Of a DNA stretch of 64,000 bases, positions 27,225 through 36,191 are shown piece by piece. Origin of the DNA: a virus (Duplodnaviria > Caudoviricetes); the IMG/VR virus record IMGVR_UViG_3300046453_000060, positions 2,207 to 66,206 of that record; one strand, 5' to 3'. The translations under genes and the position numbers were made by a program. Each line of letters starts with the position of its first letter. The first letter of the stretch is position 1. A model generated the notes under the pieces. That model made no database searches, was not told where the DNA came from, and saw nothing but the letters and a program-made list of their open reading frames with translations.

Positions 27225-27325
27225 GACCTCCTAGGCCCAAATTCTCAATTGCGGAAATATAAAAAACACGGACTAGACGGTCTAGGACCCAAAAGCCGGG
27301 AAGGCTAGACCCGCCCGGCGCGCTC
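27225..27325. other. Probable cos packaging region
   Basis: Between the HNH and terS genes as in HK97-like cos phages; GC-rich gggcgggt followed by gaccg and a T-tract on the minus strand. Confidence 0.5.
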
Positions 27326-27685
27326 GGTCGCCGTTTTTTCCTTGTGGCAAGTCGGGCAAGCCGCTTGCAGGTTCGAGCCAGCCTCGATCTGCGCCGTCGT
27401 CCAGCCCTGGGCGCGCGCCGCGGCCTTGCTCACCTTGTGATCGACCTCGCTCGCAACGAAGCGGCAGGCAGGCCCTTTGATCTGGCAGAGGCCGCAGTCG
27501 CGGCTCAGGATGCGCTCGCGGGTCTGCTGCCAAGCGTAGCCATAGCCGCGCTGTGCACTGGTCTTGTCGCCGTGGCTGCGCACCCAGCCAGAAGTCTGCT
27601 TGGCATGCCTCTCGCAGTAGCCCGGCGCGTCAATCAGGGTGCCGCACGCCACCTTGCGGCAGATCGACTTGGGTCTTGCTGGCAT
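27305..27685 (-). CDS. Packaging-associated HNH endonuclease
   Basis: RGYG..W, RDCGLCQ, VDHKV, NLQAACPTCHKEKT; adjacent to terS. Confidence 0.9.
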   Translation of the reverse strand: MPARPKSICRKVACGTLIDAPGYCERHAKQTSGWVRSHGDKTSAQRGYGYAWQQTRERILSRDCGLCQIKGPACRFVASEVDHKVSKAAARAQGWTTAQIEAGSNLQAACPTCHKEKTATERAGRV

Positions 27686-28379
27686 CTACGATCCTTCGCG
27701 CGCTCCCGGCGCCCACCAATAACACAGCAGCTTCTTCAGGCGACGTGTCCGACTTCAAGAGGTTGCACCGCCGGCATGCGCACTGAGTATTCCGATATGA
27801 ATGGTCGCCACGCTTTGCCAACGGGATGATGTGATCAAGCTCTGGAGCATCATCGTCAATTGTTCCGCGCTTTGCTTCCGGCGTGCTGATGCCGCAGATC
27901 TGGCATTTCCAGCCGTCGCGCTCGAAGACTTTGCGCTTGCTGACTGGCTCGTAGCTGCATCCGAACTTCTTGGCCCTGCGCCGGTGCGTGCTGTCGCTGC
28001 GCATTGCTCTTAGAGCGGCAAGGCGACACGCCTCACCGCAGTAGTACTTCTGCCTTAGGCCAACCTCAGGCACATAAGCAGTTTTGCACCATCGGCAGTC
28101 CCGCCCCATCTTGCTGCGCACGCCTCGATACCTCGACTCACTATTGTGGGCGCTTTGGCAAACAGTGGAGCAAAAGCGCTGTTGCGCTGCCTTTGGGGTG
28201 AAAGAGGTTCCGCACCCAGCCCGCTTACAAATGCGCTCACCTGCACTTTTCAAGGCATACGCTTTGCGTGGCTTTGGCTCAGGCTTGGGCGAACAGGAGA
28301 AGCAGAATTTCCGCTCTCGCCCGTTAGAAAATAGCGGCTTCGGATGCGGACAGGTAGCCCCTGCTTGATGCTTCGGCAT
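27630..28379 (-). CDS. HNH endonuclease with several N-terminal Cys zinc-ribbon motifs (homing-like)
   Basis: FCSTVC, YCGEAC, VFERDGWKCQICG, LDHIIPLAKRG..N...CRRCN..K. Confidence 0.85.
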   Translation of the reverse strand: MPKHQAGATCPHPKPLFSNGRERKFCFSCSPKPEPKPRKAYALKSAGERICKRAGCGTSFTPKAAQQRFCSTVCQSAHNSESRYRGVRSKMGRDCRWCKTAYVPEVGLRQKYYCGEACRLAALRAMRSDSTHRRRAKKFGCSYEPVSKRKVFERDGWKCQICGISTPEAKRGTIDDDAPELDHIIPLAKRGDHSYRNTQCACRRCNLLKSDTSPEEAAVLLVGAGSARRIVDASKTQVDLPQGGVRHPD

Positions 28380-28380
28380 A

Positions 28381-28716
28381 TCAACCCATCGATCCGGCCA
28401 TGTAGGCTTCGATGTCCTCGGAACTCAAGTCGCACATCAGGCGACGGGAGGTGCGCTCCATGAACTCGCGGTGTGCGCGCTCGGTGCGCTCTCGCATCCA
28501 GGTGTCGAAGTGGATCGGCGCAGCAGCTGCCGGCGAATCATCGCGCGCCAGAAGATGGTACCGAGCCAGGGCCGGCTGGAAGCTACCGTCCGGGTAGTAC
28601 TCGCACTCGACGGTCACTAGCTCGCCGGTATAGCACCGCAGGGTGAAGCCGCGCGTGTACTTCGGCAGACCGAGTGCGTCGCAGAGCTCCTTACTGATTT
28701 GCTGGCTAGCGATCAT
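28381..28716 (-). CDS. Hypothetical phage protein
   Basis: Coupled ORF. Confidence 0.65.
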   Translation of the reverse strand: MIASQQISKELCDALGLPKYTRGFTLRCYTGELVTVECEYYPDGSFQPALARYHLLARDDSPAAAAPIHFDTWMRERTERAHREFMERTSRRLMCDLSSEDIEAYMAGSMG

Positions 28717-29021
28717 CGCGAACTCCAGATGTCGAACAGTTCACTCAGCTTCGGCTGAGGATTGGCCGCCGGCGCAGGCCTGAAGATCTGCTTCAGGATG
28801 CCCGGCGAATCATTCGGCACCTCGCGCACCAGGTCAGTCAGGGTCGCAACGGCGCCGCCGTAGCCCTTCGCGCGAAGGATGCCGTGTGCAGCCTCGCTCT
28901 CAGCCAGGCGCGCCGTGATCCGACCCAGGAGCGCCGGATCGGCGACCTTCGACCCGCTGGCCTGCGAGCCAAGCACAGCTCGAAGGATCAAGGCGTGGTA
29001 GATGTCGGTGACGCCACTCAT
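28713..29021 (-). CDS. Hypothetical phage protein
   Basis: Coupled ORF (ATGA overlaps). Confidence 0.65.
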   Translation of the reverse strand: MSGVTDIYHALILRAVLGSQASGSKVADPALLGRITARLAESEAAHGILRAKGYGGAVATLTDLVREVPNDSPGILKQIFRPAPAANPQPKLSELFDIWSSR

Positions 29022-29117
29022 GCCGCAGCTCGCGCGGCGTCGATCACCGCATCCTCGCGCAGCATCTGCATCACGAAACGCAGCCAGACGACCTCAGCTT
29101 CGACGCTCATGATTGCC

Positions 29118-29312
29118 TCAGGCCGGCGATAGCTTGGTGCTGCCGAACAGGGCGGCATGCAGCCAGTCGAGCGGCTTGGCCCACAGCGGGCAGTACAGCT
29201 CCGCGGCGGCGCTGATACCGTCGACGGCGATCACCGCCTTGACGGAGCGCGTGCGCATCCACCATTTGCGCAGCATCGGGTGAGCGGCTTGAGCAGTTTG
29301 CATTTGGTGCAT
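29118..29312 (-). CDS. Small hypothetical protein
   Basis: RBS gaggt before ATG. Confidence 0.5.
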   Translation of the reverse strand: MHQMQTAQAAHPMLRKWWMRTRSVKAVIAVDGISAAAELYCPLWAKPLDWLHAALFGSTKLSPA

Positions 29313-29554
29313 GGCGTACCTCAGAAATAAAAAAGCCGCCGACGCATAGCTGCATCAGGCGGCGAAGGACTAGGTGACTAACCTAGCCTGGAGACGGGTT
29401 GCGGTGGGAGTCACCCCAGAGACTTAGTGCGCAGACACTAGGGCCGCACCATTGCGCCCACCACACAAAGCCCTCGGCCGTCATCCGCGCACGTGGAACG
29501 TGTTTGTCTAGCTTGGGCTTTATTTGGCCACTGGCATGAGCCAGTGAGCGCGCA

Positions 29555-29692
29555 TTACTTGCGGCGACCGGTGTTCAACTCGGCGACCTTCTCGATTGCG
29601 ATCTTCTCGGTCGGGTGCGTGTCGACGTCGGCGAAGCGCTCGCGGTCGAACGTTTTCCAGAAGCCGTTGCTCCATCGTGCTTGGTAGCGCAT
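29555..29692 (-). CDS. Small hypothetical protein (45 aa, MRYQARWSNGFWKTFD...)
   Basis: RBS gaagga; typical high-GC codon use; below the ORF-track cutoff. Confidence 0.55.
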   Translation of the reverse strand: MRYQARWSNGFWKTFDRERFADVDTHPTEKIAIEKVAELNTGRRK

Positions 29693-29897
29693 GGGGAGAT
29701 CCTTCTATATAGATGAGGTTATTCGTGCTGGTCACAGCGTCCAGCGGGCCGGTTGTATGGTTGGTGGCGCGCAGCTTGCGGCTGCGTCCGGCTGATTGGG
29801 TGTGGCAGAACAGCGGCGGGCGAGTGCCGAGCCGCGTCAAGCGTTGTTCGTGATTACCTGCGCCCAGGGCTATCTGCAAAGTGGCGCGTAAACGACA

Positions 29898-29920
29898 AAG
29901 CCCGCCGAGTGGGCGGGCTT
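29898..29920 (-). terminator. Terminator-like hairpin (possible tR'-like site)
   Basis: aagcccgcc / ggcgggctt 9-bp stem upstream of the late genes. Confidence 0.5.
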
Positions 29921-30045
29921 ATCTACAGTTCTTACAGGCGAACGCCGGCTGTAACGCGGGCGGGGTGTTTCGACTGCCTCTGGACAGCGGTGGCGCTTTC
30001 GCGCGCATTACGGTATCGAGAGGGAACTGTGTTGAAGACTTGAGT

Positions 30046-30567
30046 TTACGCCTGTTTTTCGGGCGATGCAATACTGTTGAGCGATTCGTGTGCGCGCCAA
30101 GCTTTCCAGACGATCTCCCAGGTATCTCGATCCACAACCTCGCTGATGTCATAACGATTTTGTGCAGCGGCCCGCTGAGCCTCAGGCAACGTTTCGAACG
30201 AGTCCTGCATCTCATTGAGCCCGCCGGCATTGTCGTATTCCTGCATCTGGAGCAGGATGAATTTCTTGTGTTTTGCGCGCACCGCCGTCGCGTAGCCGGC
30301 TATCAGTCGGCCGATCACCTCGCCCTCGCCGACATCGGGCGCGACGAATACATGCCACTCCCGCCCGGGTGCGAACAGTTTCGCGCGGCGGTACGGGGTA
30401 TCGCCACTCGGCTTGGCGCCACCTGTATCGACACACAGCCCGGCATCATCGGACGATTCGGTGATCTCGGGCGCTTGCAAGACTTCGCAAGCTGGGTCGA
30501 CAGCGATGCGCCGACCATCCCACGGGCCGCCGATGAATAAGCACTCGACTTTGTTTGTGTCGCTCAC
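30046..30567 (-). CDS. Hypothetical two-module phage protein
   Basis: LFIGGPWDG N-terminus; RBS gaaagga; GTG start. Confidence 0.65.
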   Translation of the reverse strand: MSDTNKVECLFIGGPWDGRRIAVDPACEVLQAPEITESSDDAGLCVDTGGAKPSGDTPYRRAKLFAPGREWHVFVAPDVGEGEVIGRLIAGYATAVRAKHKKFILLQMQEYDNAGGLNEMQDSFETLPEAQRAAAQNRYDISEVVDRDTWEIVWKAWRAHESLNSIASPEKQA

Positions 30568-30617
30568 GATCTTCCTTTCTTGCGCTTAAGGTATGGGCGC
30601 GGATTGCCGCCCGCTGG

Positions 30618-31109
30618 CTATGCATTCGGTGCCGCTGGGCTGATTGCCTCATCGACAATTATAGACGCCGTGCGCAATCCAAGGATGCCGGCGCCCCTGA
30701 TCACACTCGGCGGCACCTTCATCTTCTCCGCCATCATGTTGAAAAGCCGTACCTGCCAATCTTGGAATGATTGGCCCGTCAACTGCTCCATCCACTCTTT
30801 CGCAATCGGGTCCCACGTGCCAATGGCCGTCTTATCGGGGCCGCTCGCGAGATCGGCGCCGATGACTTGGGGCCAGCGTGTCGATGCGGGCTGACCAAGC
30901 AAGGCAAGCCCCTCATTTGTAAGCCACCCGCTTCGCAGGCTCACGCCGTACTCGATGTAACCGCGATCGCCGGCACGCTCCATCGCGCGATAGCAGACCT
31001 TCTCGGGCTGGCCGGTGCGCTCCATGAGCAGCGCAATTCGGGCGAGACCGCTGCGCTCATCCACGTAGACCTGCAGCACCTGGGCGTCAGAGATGTCCTT
31101 ACGTGCCAT
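30618..31109 (-). CDS. Hypothetical phage protein (winged-helix-like N-terminus)
   Basis: PEKVCYRAMERA..RGYIEYGVSLRSGWLT; RBS aagga. Confidence 0.65.
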   Translation of the reverse strand: MARKDISDAQVLQVYVDERSGLARIALLMERTGQPEKVCYRAMERAGDRGYIEYGVSLRSGWLTNEGLALLGQPASTRWPQVIGADLASGPDKTAIGTWDPIAKEWMEQLTGQSFQDWQVRLFNMMAEKMKVPPSVIRGAGILGLRTASIIVDEAISPAAPNA

Positions 31110-31182
31110 TGCGCATCCTTTCCTGTAATTCGCCGAATATTGAACGTCGCGAAGGCGCGACACCGCCAAATATAATGTCGCG

Positions 31183-31529
31183 CTACCCGAACGGCTGCCA
31201 AACTTTCACGCAATAGGCATTGGCGAGGTCGATCATGTTTGCCGTGCCCGCGCCGCCAGGGAAAGCCACGACACCATCCGGCCTGCCCTCGTCCAGCATG
31301 CGCTTATTGCGCAGCGGGCCAGCACGGCGACCGAAGCGCTTCCACTCAGCCTCAAACGTCTGCACCGACACGCCGCTCACCTCAGCCCACTCACGAGCCA
31401 ACCTGTCTGCACCGAGCGCACCACCCTCGATGATGAGCGTGATGGGCTTCCTTGCATGCAGGACGTCGAGAGCGCGGCGCACTGCGCTCCCGTGTTGTAA
31501 TCTCGACCGCCGCAGACAAGGATCTTCAT
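31183..31529 (-). pseudogene. DUF2493/YspA-like SLOG protein, frameshifted
   Basis: MKILVCGGRDYN in one frame; IIEGGALGAD...AGPLRNKRML...VAFPGGAGT in another; span is 347 nt, 1 nt short of an open frame. Confidence 0.75.
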
Positions 31530-31544
31530 GCCCGCGATCTTGCC

Positions 31545-32096
31545 TTATGCCGCCTGCCGCATCTTTGCGCCGGCGCGGGCCGAGTGCGCCTGGTAGAGCC
31601 CTTCGAGCTCGCTCACCATGTCGCGCGTACGATCCGCCACCGTGTTATCACCCAGGATTGGCGCCTTGCCGGTCCCTGCGCATGGTTTGCAGGTCAGGCC
31701 GTTGGTGCCGACCGTCGAGCCTCCGCAGGCCTCGCAATTGCCGCCCAGCCAGTGCGCGAGCGATTGCTCGGCGATCTGGTGGTAACGCTTGATGACCGCG
31801 TTGGCATCCCATTCGGCGCGCGGTTTCGGGAACCAGCCGCGCTCCAACCCGCGCTTGGCAACGACCTGCTTCCAGGCTCGCAGCAGCCCGGCAAGCTCCA
31901 TGGCGCCGGCTTCGAATGCCTTTCGGGCGCCGTTGCCATACTTGGCGCGCGTGAGCATGGAGCCGAACACGTTGCCCTGACCGCCATTCAGGTCAGCCAG
32001 CGCCGAAGCTGCCAGCGCCTCGGTCTTGCGGTGCAGCTCGTCGTCTTTCAGGTTGTTCGAGTTCAGGGCGTTGACGTAGTGGTCGGCGAAGGGCAT
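31545..32096 (-). CDS. Late antiterminator Q-like protein
   Basis: CEACGG...CKPCAGTG zinc finger; last conserved early gene before the late region. Confidence 0.6.
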   Translation of the reverse strand: MPFADHYVNALNSNNLKDDELHRKTEALAASALADLNGGQGNVFGSMLTRAKYGNGARKAFEAGAMELAGLLRAWKQVVAKRGLERGWFPKPRAEWDANAVIKRYHQIAEQSLAHWLGGNCEACGGSTVGTNGLTCKPCAGTGKAPILGDNTVADRTRDMVSELEGLYQAHSARAGAKMRQAA

Positions 32097-32199
32097 TTGG
32101 CTTGCTCCTAGTAAAGATAGGAGCAATGTAGCAGCTCAAGAATATTTTTATTGCCTGCTCCGAACTTTGCCAAATGGAAAGGTGTTGCGTATTCGCACG

Positions 32200-32412
32200 C
32201 TATTTGCAAAGCTGTAACGCCTGAGCTTCGGTAAATCCCTCCTTAATCAGGGATAGATATTTTGCGCGGATCATCTGAGCCTCAATTGCAAGGAATTCCA
32301 GGTGATCTGCCCACCCAGCCTTAATGGCACGTATGGCATGCACCCGGGCGGCGCGCTCCTTTTCATCCTTACTGAAATCTCCGGTCAGCACCTTTAGCTT
32401 GTCGTCGCTCAC
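32200..32412 (-). CDS. Small hypothetical protein
   Basis: RBS gaaagga; AKYLSLIKEGFTEAQALQLC. Confidence 0.65.
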   Translation of the reverse strand: MSDDKLKVLTGDFSKDEKERAARVHAIRAIKAGWADHLEFLAIEAQMIRAKYLSLIKEGFTEAQALQLCK

Positions 32413-32461
32413 GATATCCTTTCAATGTGCCACGCAGATCGGCGCGCAGCTTCCCGGCGGC

Positions 32462-32860
32462 TCAGGCCGCTTTGTTGCGGTCGACCGCGGCGCCTATCTC
32501 GATACGCACGCCGCCAGGCTTCGTGCCGTACTCGCGCCTGATCGTCACCGGGTCGAACTGGCTGTCATTGATTTCCAGTGCATCTGCCACGCCGTCCAGC
32601 GCCGGCTTGCAGGCGGCAAGCAAGTTGTCTCGGTCGCGGTGGCGTCGGTCCGGCTGAATGAAGGTGATCACCAGCGGCACCGCTTCAGCCTTTCGCCGCT
32701 CGACGCTGTACCAGGGCGTACCCAGCGCCGCCACCCGGGCGAGCGCATAGGCGCTTGCGCGTGCGGCCTTGCGCAGCGCCGACGTTGCGGCCCAGTGCAC
32801 ACCCTTGGAGCGGTTCGGGTTCAGTTTCGAGTTCGGGAATGGCAGGTCGACGACGATCAT
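32462..32860 (-). CDS. rusA: RusA-like Holliday junction resolvase
   Basis: LPFP..LNPN, PDRRHRDRDNL, LDGVADALEINDSQF. Confidence 0.8.
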   Translation of the reverse strand: MIVVDLPFPNSKLNPNRSKGVHWAATSALRKAARASAYALARVAALGTPWYSVERRKAEAVPLVITFIQPDRRHRDRDNLLAACKPALDGVADALEINDSQFDPVTIRREYGTKPGGVRIEIGAAVDRNKAA

Positions 32861-33210
32861 AGGCGCGCCTCCAGCTCCGCAATCGCAGCATCGACGATCA
32901 GGCGGCGCACGTTGGCGCCGTCGCCTTCTCCCGGCTGCGGATCTCGTGCCAGGTCGCTGCTCACGGTGCTCGTGCCCACAACAGCGCGGTGTGGCCAGAA
33001 CTTGGCGCGGCGGATGAACTGCACCATCAGCGGCCCGCAGGCGCTCCAGTCGCCAGCCCAATCCGGCACGCACTGAAGCTGATCGACTTCGGGCACATCG
33101 CCAGGCGGTATTCCCAGCAGCTTGCCGCCCGCGTCAAAGACCCCCATCCAGCCCTGCAGCTCCGCCAGCCGGCGGTTTGCTTGCATTCCGTCGCTCGCCA
33201 TATCAGGCAA
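32857..33210 (-). CDS. Hypothetical phage protein (NinX-like)
   Basis: [24 protein letters not shown]. Confidence 0.6.
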   Translation of the reverse strand: MPDMASDGMQANRRLAELQGWMGVFDAGGKLLGIPPGDVPEVDQLQCVPDWAGDWSACGPLMVQFIRRAKFWPHRAVVGTSTVSSDLARDPQPGEGDGANVRRLIVDAAIAELEARL

Positions 33211-33760
33211 CCATCCGATGGGCAGTCGTCAATTCATCGTAACGAGCCAGGAACGCCGCTTTTGCTTCCGCTGGCGAGAGCGGGATAATCGTTTCCCGCA
33301 GCGCGGTCACGCCCTCCAGAATGCCCCAGTCCGTGGCCAGCCGGTTCATCAGGTCGCGCTGCTCGGTCTTGAGCAGGATGATATCGGCCGTCTTGATCTC
33401 CGGCGGCAGTATCGGATCGACGCCAAAACGGGTCAGCACCGCATGCTCGATGCGCTTCTCTATCGCCTTGTAGTCGGGCAGCAGCGCCTTGAGCGGGCGT
33501 GAGACATCGCCAATAAACGCCTCCGCGGCGTCGTGCAACAGGCCGGCCAGCGCGTGTTCGGGTGGCACGATCTGGCTCACCAGGACCGAGTGCTGCGCTA
33601 CCGAGTAGAACGTGTGCACGTGGCCGGCGAATCGGCAAACGTGCGACAGGGCGTGGGCAATATCATCGATTCCGAACACCGACTGCTCAGGCGTCATGAA
33701 GTTGAAGTAGTGGCCCGAGTTGGTCATGATGTCAGGGCGCATCGGATTGTGGCTGCTCAT
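33203..33760 (-). CDS. HD-domain phosphohydrolase (YfbR/YfdR-like 5'-deoxynucleotidase)
   Basis: [38 protein letters not shown]. Confidence 0.9.
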   Translation of the reverse strand: MSSHNPMRPDIMTNSGHYFNFMTPEQSVFGIDDIAHALSHVCRFAGHVHTFYSVAQHSVLVSQIVPPEHALAGLLHDAAEAFIGDVSRPLKALLPDYKAIEKRIEHAVLTRFGVDPILPPEIKTADIILLKTEQRDLMNRLATDWGILEGVTALRETIIPLSPAEAKAAFLARYDELTTAHRMVA

Positions 33761-33865
33761 CGTACTCTCCTTGTTGTGTTGGTAACTGGGTTGGATGCTT
33801 GTCTTGCTGGACTTCAAGCCACCCCGCCGACTCATGCTAGCCGAGCAGGGTGGCGCTGACGGCGA

Positions 33866-34375
33866 TCAGCCAGGCACGTTGACGGCAGCCGCACGGCGCG
33901 CCGCGGCCTGCTCGGCGGTTTCGCCTTCGAACTGGCCTCCGTAGTGCGGATTCAGGCCGCTAGCGATCAACTGGCCAACGGTCTTCGGCTCAGCTACTCC
34001 TAGCGCGTGCTCGAACATGGCGCGCGCCTCTTCGGCATTGAACACGTTGGTGCCACTCGGCCAGCTCACGCCTTGCAGGTCAGCAGAGGGCCGGTCGAAG
34101 TGGATGTAGCAGTCCGGGCTAAAGGTCTTCGGCAACGGCCAGCCGAGGAAGCGGTCGACCGCAGCCTTAACGTCCGGGGCGGGCGCGCTGTAGTGGCGAA
34201 GGATGTCGTGTGCCAGTGCGATTGCGCGGCTGCGATCCAGGATGATCGCGCTGGCGTTGTTCTCGCCGGCACTGCGCACGGTGACGACGACATCGCCCGG
34301 GTTGGCGACGCGCTCGCTGACGTTGATGTAGGCCGGGCAGCTTGCGCCTTGGTCGGTGAATGCGTGGATGGTCAT
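33866..34375 (-). CDS. Hypothetical phage protein
   Basis: VDRFLGWPLPKTFSPD...GTNVF module. Confidence 0.7.
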   Translation of the reverse strand: MTIHAFTDQGASCPAYINVSERVANPGDVVVTVRSAGENNASAIILDRSRAIALAHDILRHYSAPAPDVKAAVDRFLGWPLPKTFSPDCYIHFDRPSADLQGVSWPSGTNVFNAEEARAMFEHALGVAEPKTVGQLIASGLNPHYGGQFEGETAEQAAARRAAAVNVPG

Positions 34376-34388
34376 GTGGTCTTGCCTT

Positions 34389-34652
34389 TCAGGTTGGTAC
34401 TGCGGTTGGTGTTGCTTGTGATTGCTCTTTCGCCTGGCGCTTCTCGACCCACTCCGCGCGCTCAGTCCTGTTTGCCGGCGGCGCGTATCGCTTGCACGCT
34501 TTCCTAGCCCAGTACACGAACGGCTTGATCGCCGGCGCCGTTGGTCCTTTTTGGCCTGCGCATCGCCCCAGGCCTACGCTTGCGTGTTTCGGGTAGTCCT
34601 TCATCTTGAAGTGCTTGCACATCGCGCAGATGTCGGTGCTTTGGTGGCTCAT
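34389..34652 (-). CDS. Small Cys-rich hypothetical protein
   Basis: CAMCKHF, GRC, AC; coupled ORF. Confidence 0.6.
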   Translation of the reverse strand: MSHQSTDICAMCKHFKMKDYPKHASVGLGRCAGQKGPTAPAIKPFVYWARKACKRYAPPANRTERAEWVEKRQAKEQSQATPTAVPT

Positions 34653-34855
34653 GCGGGCTCTTTTCTCAGATAAGTGATCACGCGAACCAGGCCGGCCTCT
34701 TCGAGGATCTTGGCTGTTGGTGGCTTGCGCCCGGTAAGCACGCTACTCACGAACGCATCGCTCACGCGCCATGCTCGAGCGGCGTGGCACTGCTTTCCGT
34801 ACGTACGAGCGACGTATGCGCGCAACTCTGGCAACAGGTCGATTTCTTGGCTCAT
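34649..34855 (-). CDS. Small HTH protein
   Basis: QCHAARAWRVSDAFVSSVLTGRKPP. Confidence 0.7.
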   Translation of the reverse strand: MSQEIDLLPELRAYVARTYGKQCHAARAWRVSDAFVSSVLTGRKPPTAKILEEAGLVRVITYLRKEPA

Positions 34856-35649
34856 GCAAATGCCCTTTGGCTAGCCCACCCGAAGTTGCACGGATAGCCG
34901 TTCTCGCGCAGACGGTCGAAGACGCGATCGCCCACGAAGTCCCGCAGGGTGTATGTGCGCCCAACAGGCCGCCCCTCCGGCTTCTCTTGATCTGCTTCGA
35001 GCTTTTGATTTGTGATGGCGATCACAGGTCTATGGTTGGAATACCGCCTGTTGATAACCTCAGTGAGCAGCGACATCGAGTTGTCCTTGCCGGAAATCGC
35101 GTCGATCTCGTCCAGGATGAGCAGGTCGTAGTGCGCGAAACGCTCGATTTCCGATGCTTCCGACTTTCCCTCGGCGCTGTAAGACGCCTGGATCTCGCTG
35201 ATCATGCCGCGCGCCGTGATGTATCGGGCCGAACGCCCGGTCTTCTCGATGAACACCTGGGCGAGCTCGCAGGCCAGCAGTGTCTTGCCGGTGCCGTTTT
35301 CCCCGACCAGTAGCAGTGATGCCCAGGCCGGCACTCCAGAGATGGCTTGGCGGAACTCGCGTGCGATCATGCGAATAGCCCGCTGCTCGGCCGTGGCGCC
35401 GATGAACTTCTGGCCGCGGTATCGGAGCGGGATGTCGGCGATCTTGATCATGTCGCCCAGGCGCTGCTTGGCCCACTGCGAGTCGAATTCCGGGCGCAGC
35501 TTCTGATCCTGGCAGTGCGGGCAGTACCAGGCCAGGCCGACCCGGGCGAGAACCTTGCTCGGGCCGTGCGACTCGCAGGCGCCTTCCACGTACTGAAGTC
35601 TCGCGCCCAGGCTCTGGATCAGGTCGATCGCGTTTTGTGGCTCGCTCAT
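34852..35649 (-). CDS. DnaC/IstB-like helicase loader ATPase
   Basis: CESHG...CPHC, IPLRY, GENGTGKT, LLILDEI, INRRY, ITN, DRL. Confidence 0.92.
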   Translation of the reverse strand: MSEPQNAIDLIQSLGARLQYVEGACESHGPSKVLARVGLAWYCPHCQDQKLRPEFDSQWAKQRLGDMIKIADIPLRYRGQKFIGATAEQRAIRMIAREFRQAISGVPAWASLLLVGENGTGKTLLACELAQVFIEKTGRSARYITARGMISEIQASYSAEGKSEASEIERFAHYDLLILDEIDAISGKDNSMSLLTEVINRRYSNHRPVIAITNQKLEADQEKPEGRPVGRTYTLRDFVGDRVFDRLRENGYPCNFGWASQRAFA

Positions 35650-36191
35650 AGCGGGACGTCCCCTGGCGGCGCCTCAATGCCGCGCCGCTTCATGAGGGCC
35701 GATTGCGCAGCCTGATCGCTCGACCGGTCGGCGCCTGCGAAGTTGAACTTCTGCCCTTGCGCGGCGCCGGCCTTCGGCGCCCCCTCCGCCGCACGCTCGT
35801 CGGCCAGGCGATCCCACTGCTTGCGCAGCTTTTCCGGGCAACGGATGTTCCTGCACCAGAACGAATCCCCCTGAGCCCAGCGGAACAGGGCAGCGATTTG
35901 CTTGTGCGTGCGCCCGTCACGTTCACGCATCAGGCGCACATGGTCGGCCCAAGCGGCGAGGTTTGGCGTTGCGACGTCCGGCTGCCGCTCCTGCAAGCGC
36001 TCGAACAACCATTGGGCGCACTTCTCGTCTTCTGGCGTGTGGGGGCGTGGGTCGCGCGGGCCGCGCTTTTTCTTCTCGACCTTGATCGTGATGACTTCCC
36101 GTCCGGCGAGCAGCTCGAGGAACGTTACGGCGTCAAGCGTCACATCCTGACCAGCCTCCGCCAGTTCGCGCAGCTTCGAGAGGTCACACAT
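35646..36191 (-). CDS. Replication protein containing only a lambda O-like C-terminal domain
   Basis: WADHVRLMRERDGRT...LFRWAQGDSFWCRNIRCPEKLRKQWDRL resembles the lambda O C-terminus. Confidence 0.8.
   Translation of the reverse strand: MCDLSKLRELAEAGQDVTLDAVTFLELLAGREVITIKVEKKKRGPRDPRPHTPEDEKCAQWLFERLQERQPDVATPNLAAWADHVRLMRERDGRTHKQIAALFRWAQGDSFWCRNIRCPEKLRKQWDRLADERAAEGAPKAGAAQGQKFNFAGADRSSDQAAQSALMKRRGIEAPPGDVPL

Noticed and set aside
29760-29890. tRNA-like element (minus strand ends ...gcgccacca)
   Set aside because: No T-loop GTTCRA or cloverleaf; kept only as part of the structured-leader candidate
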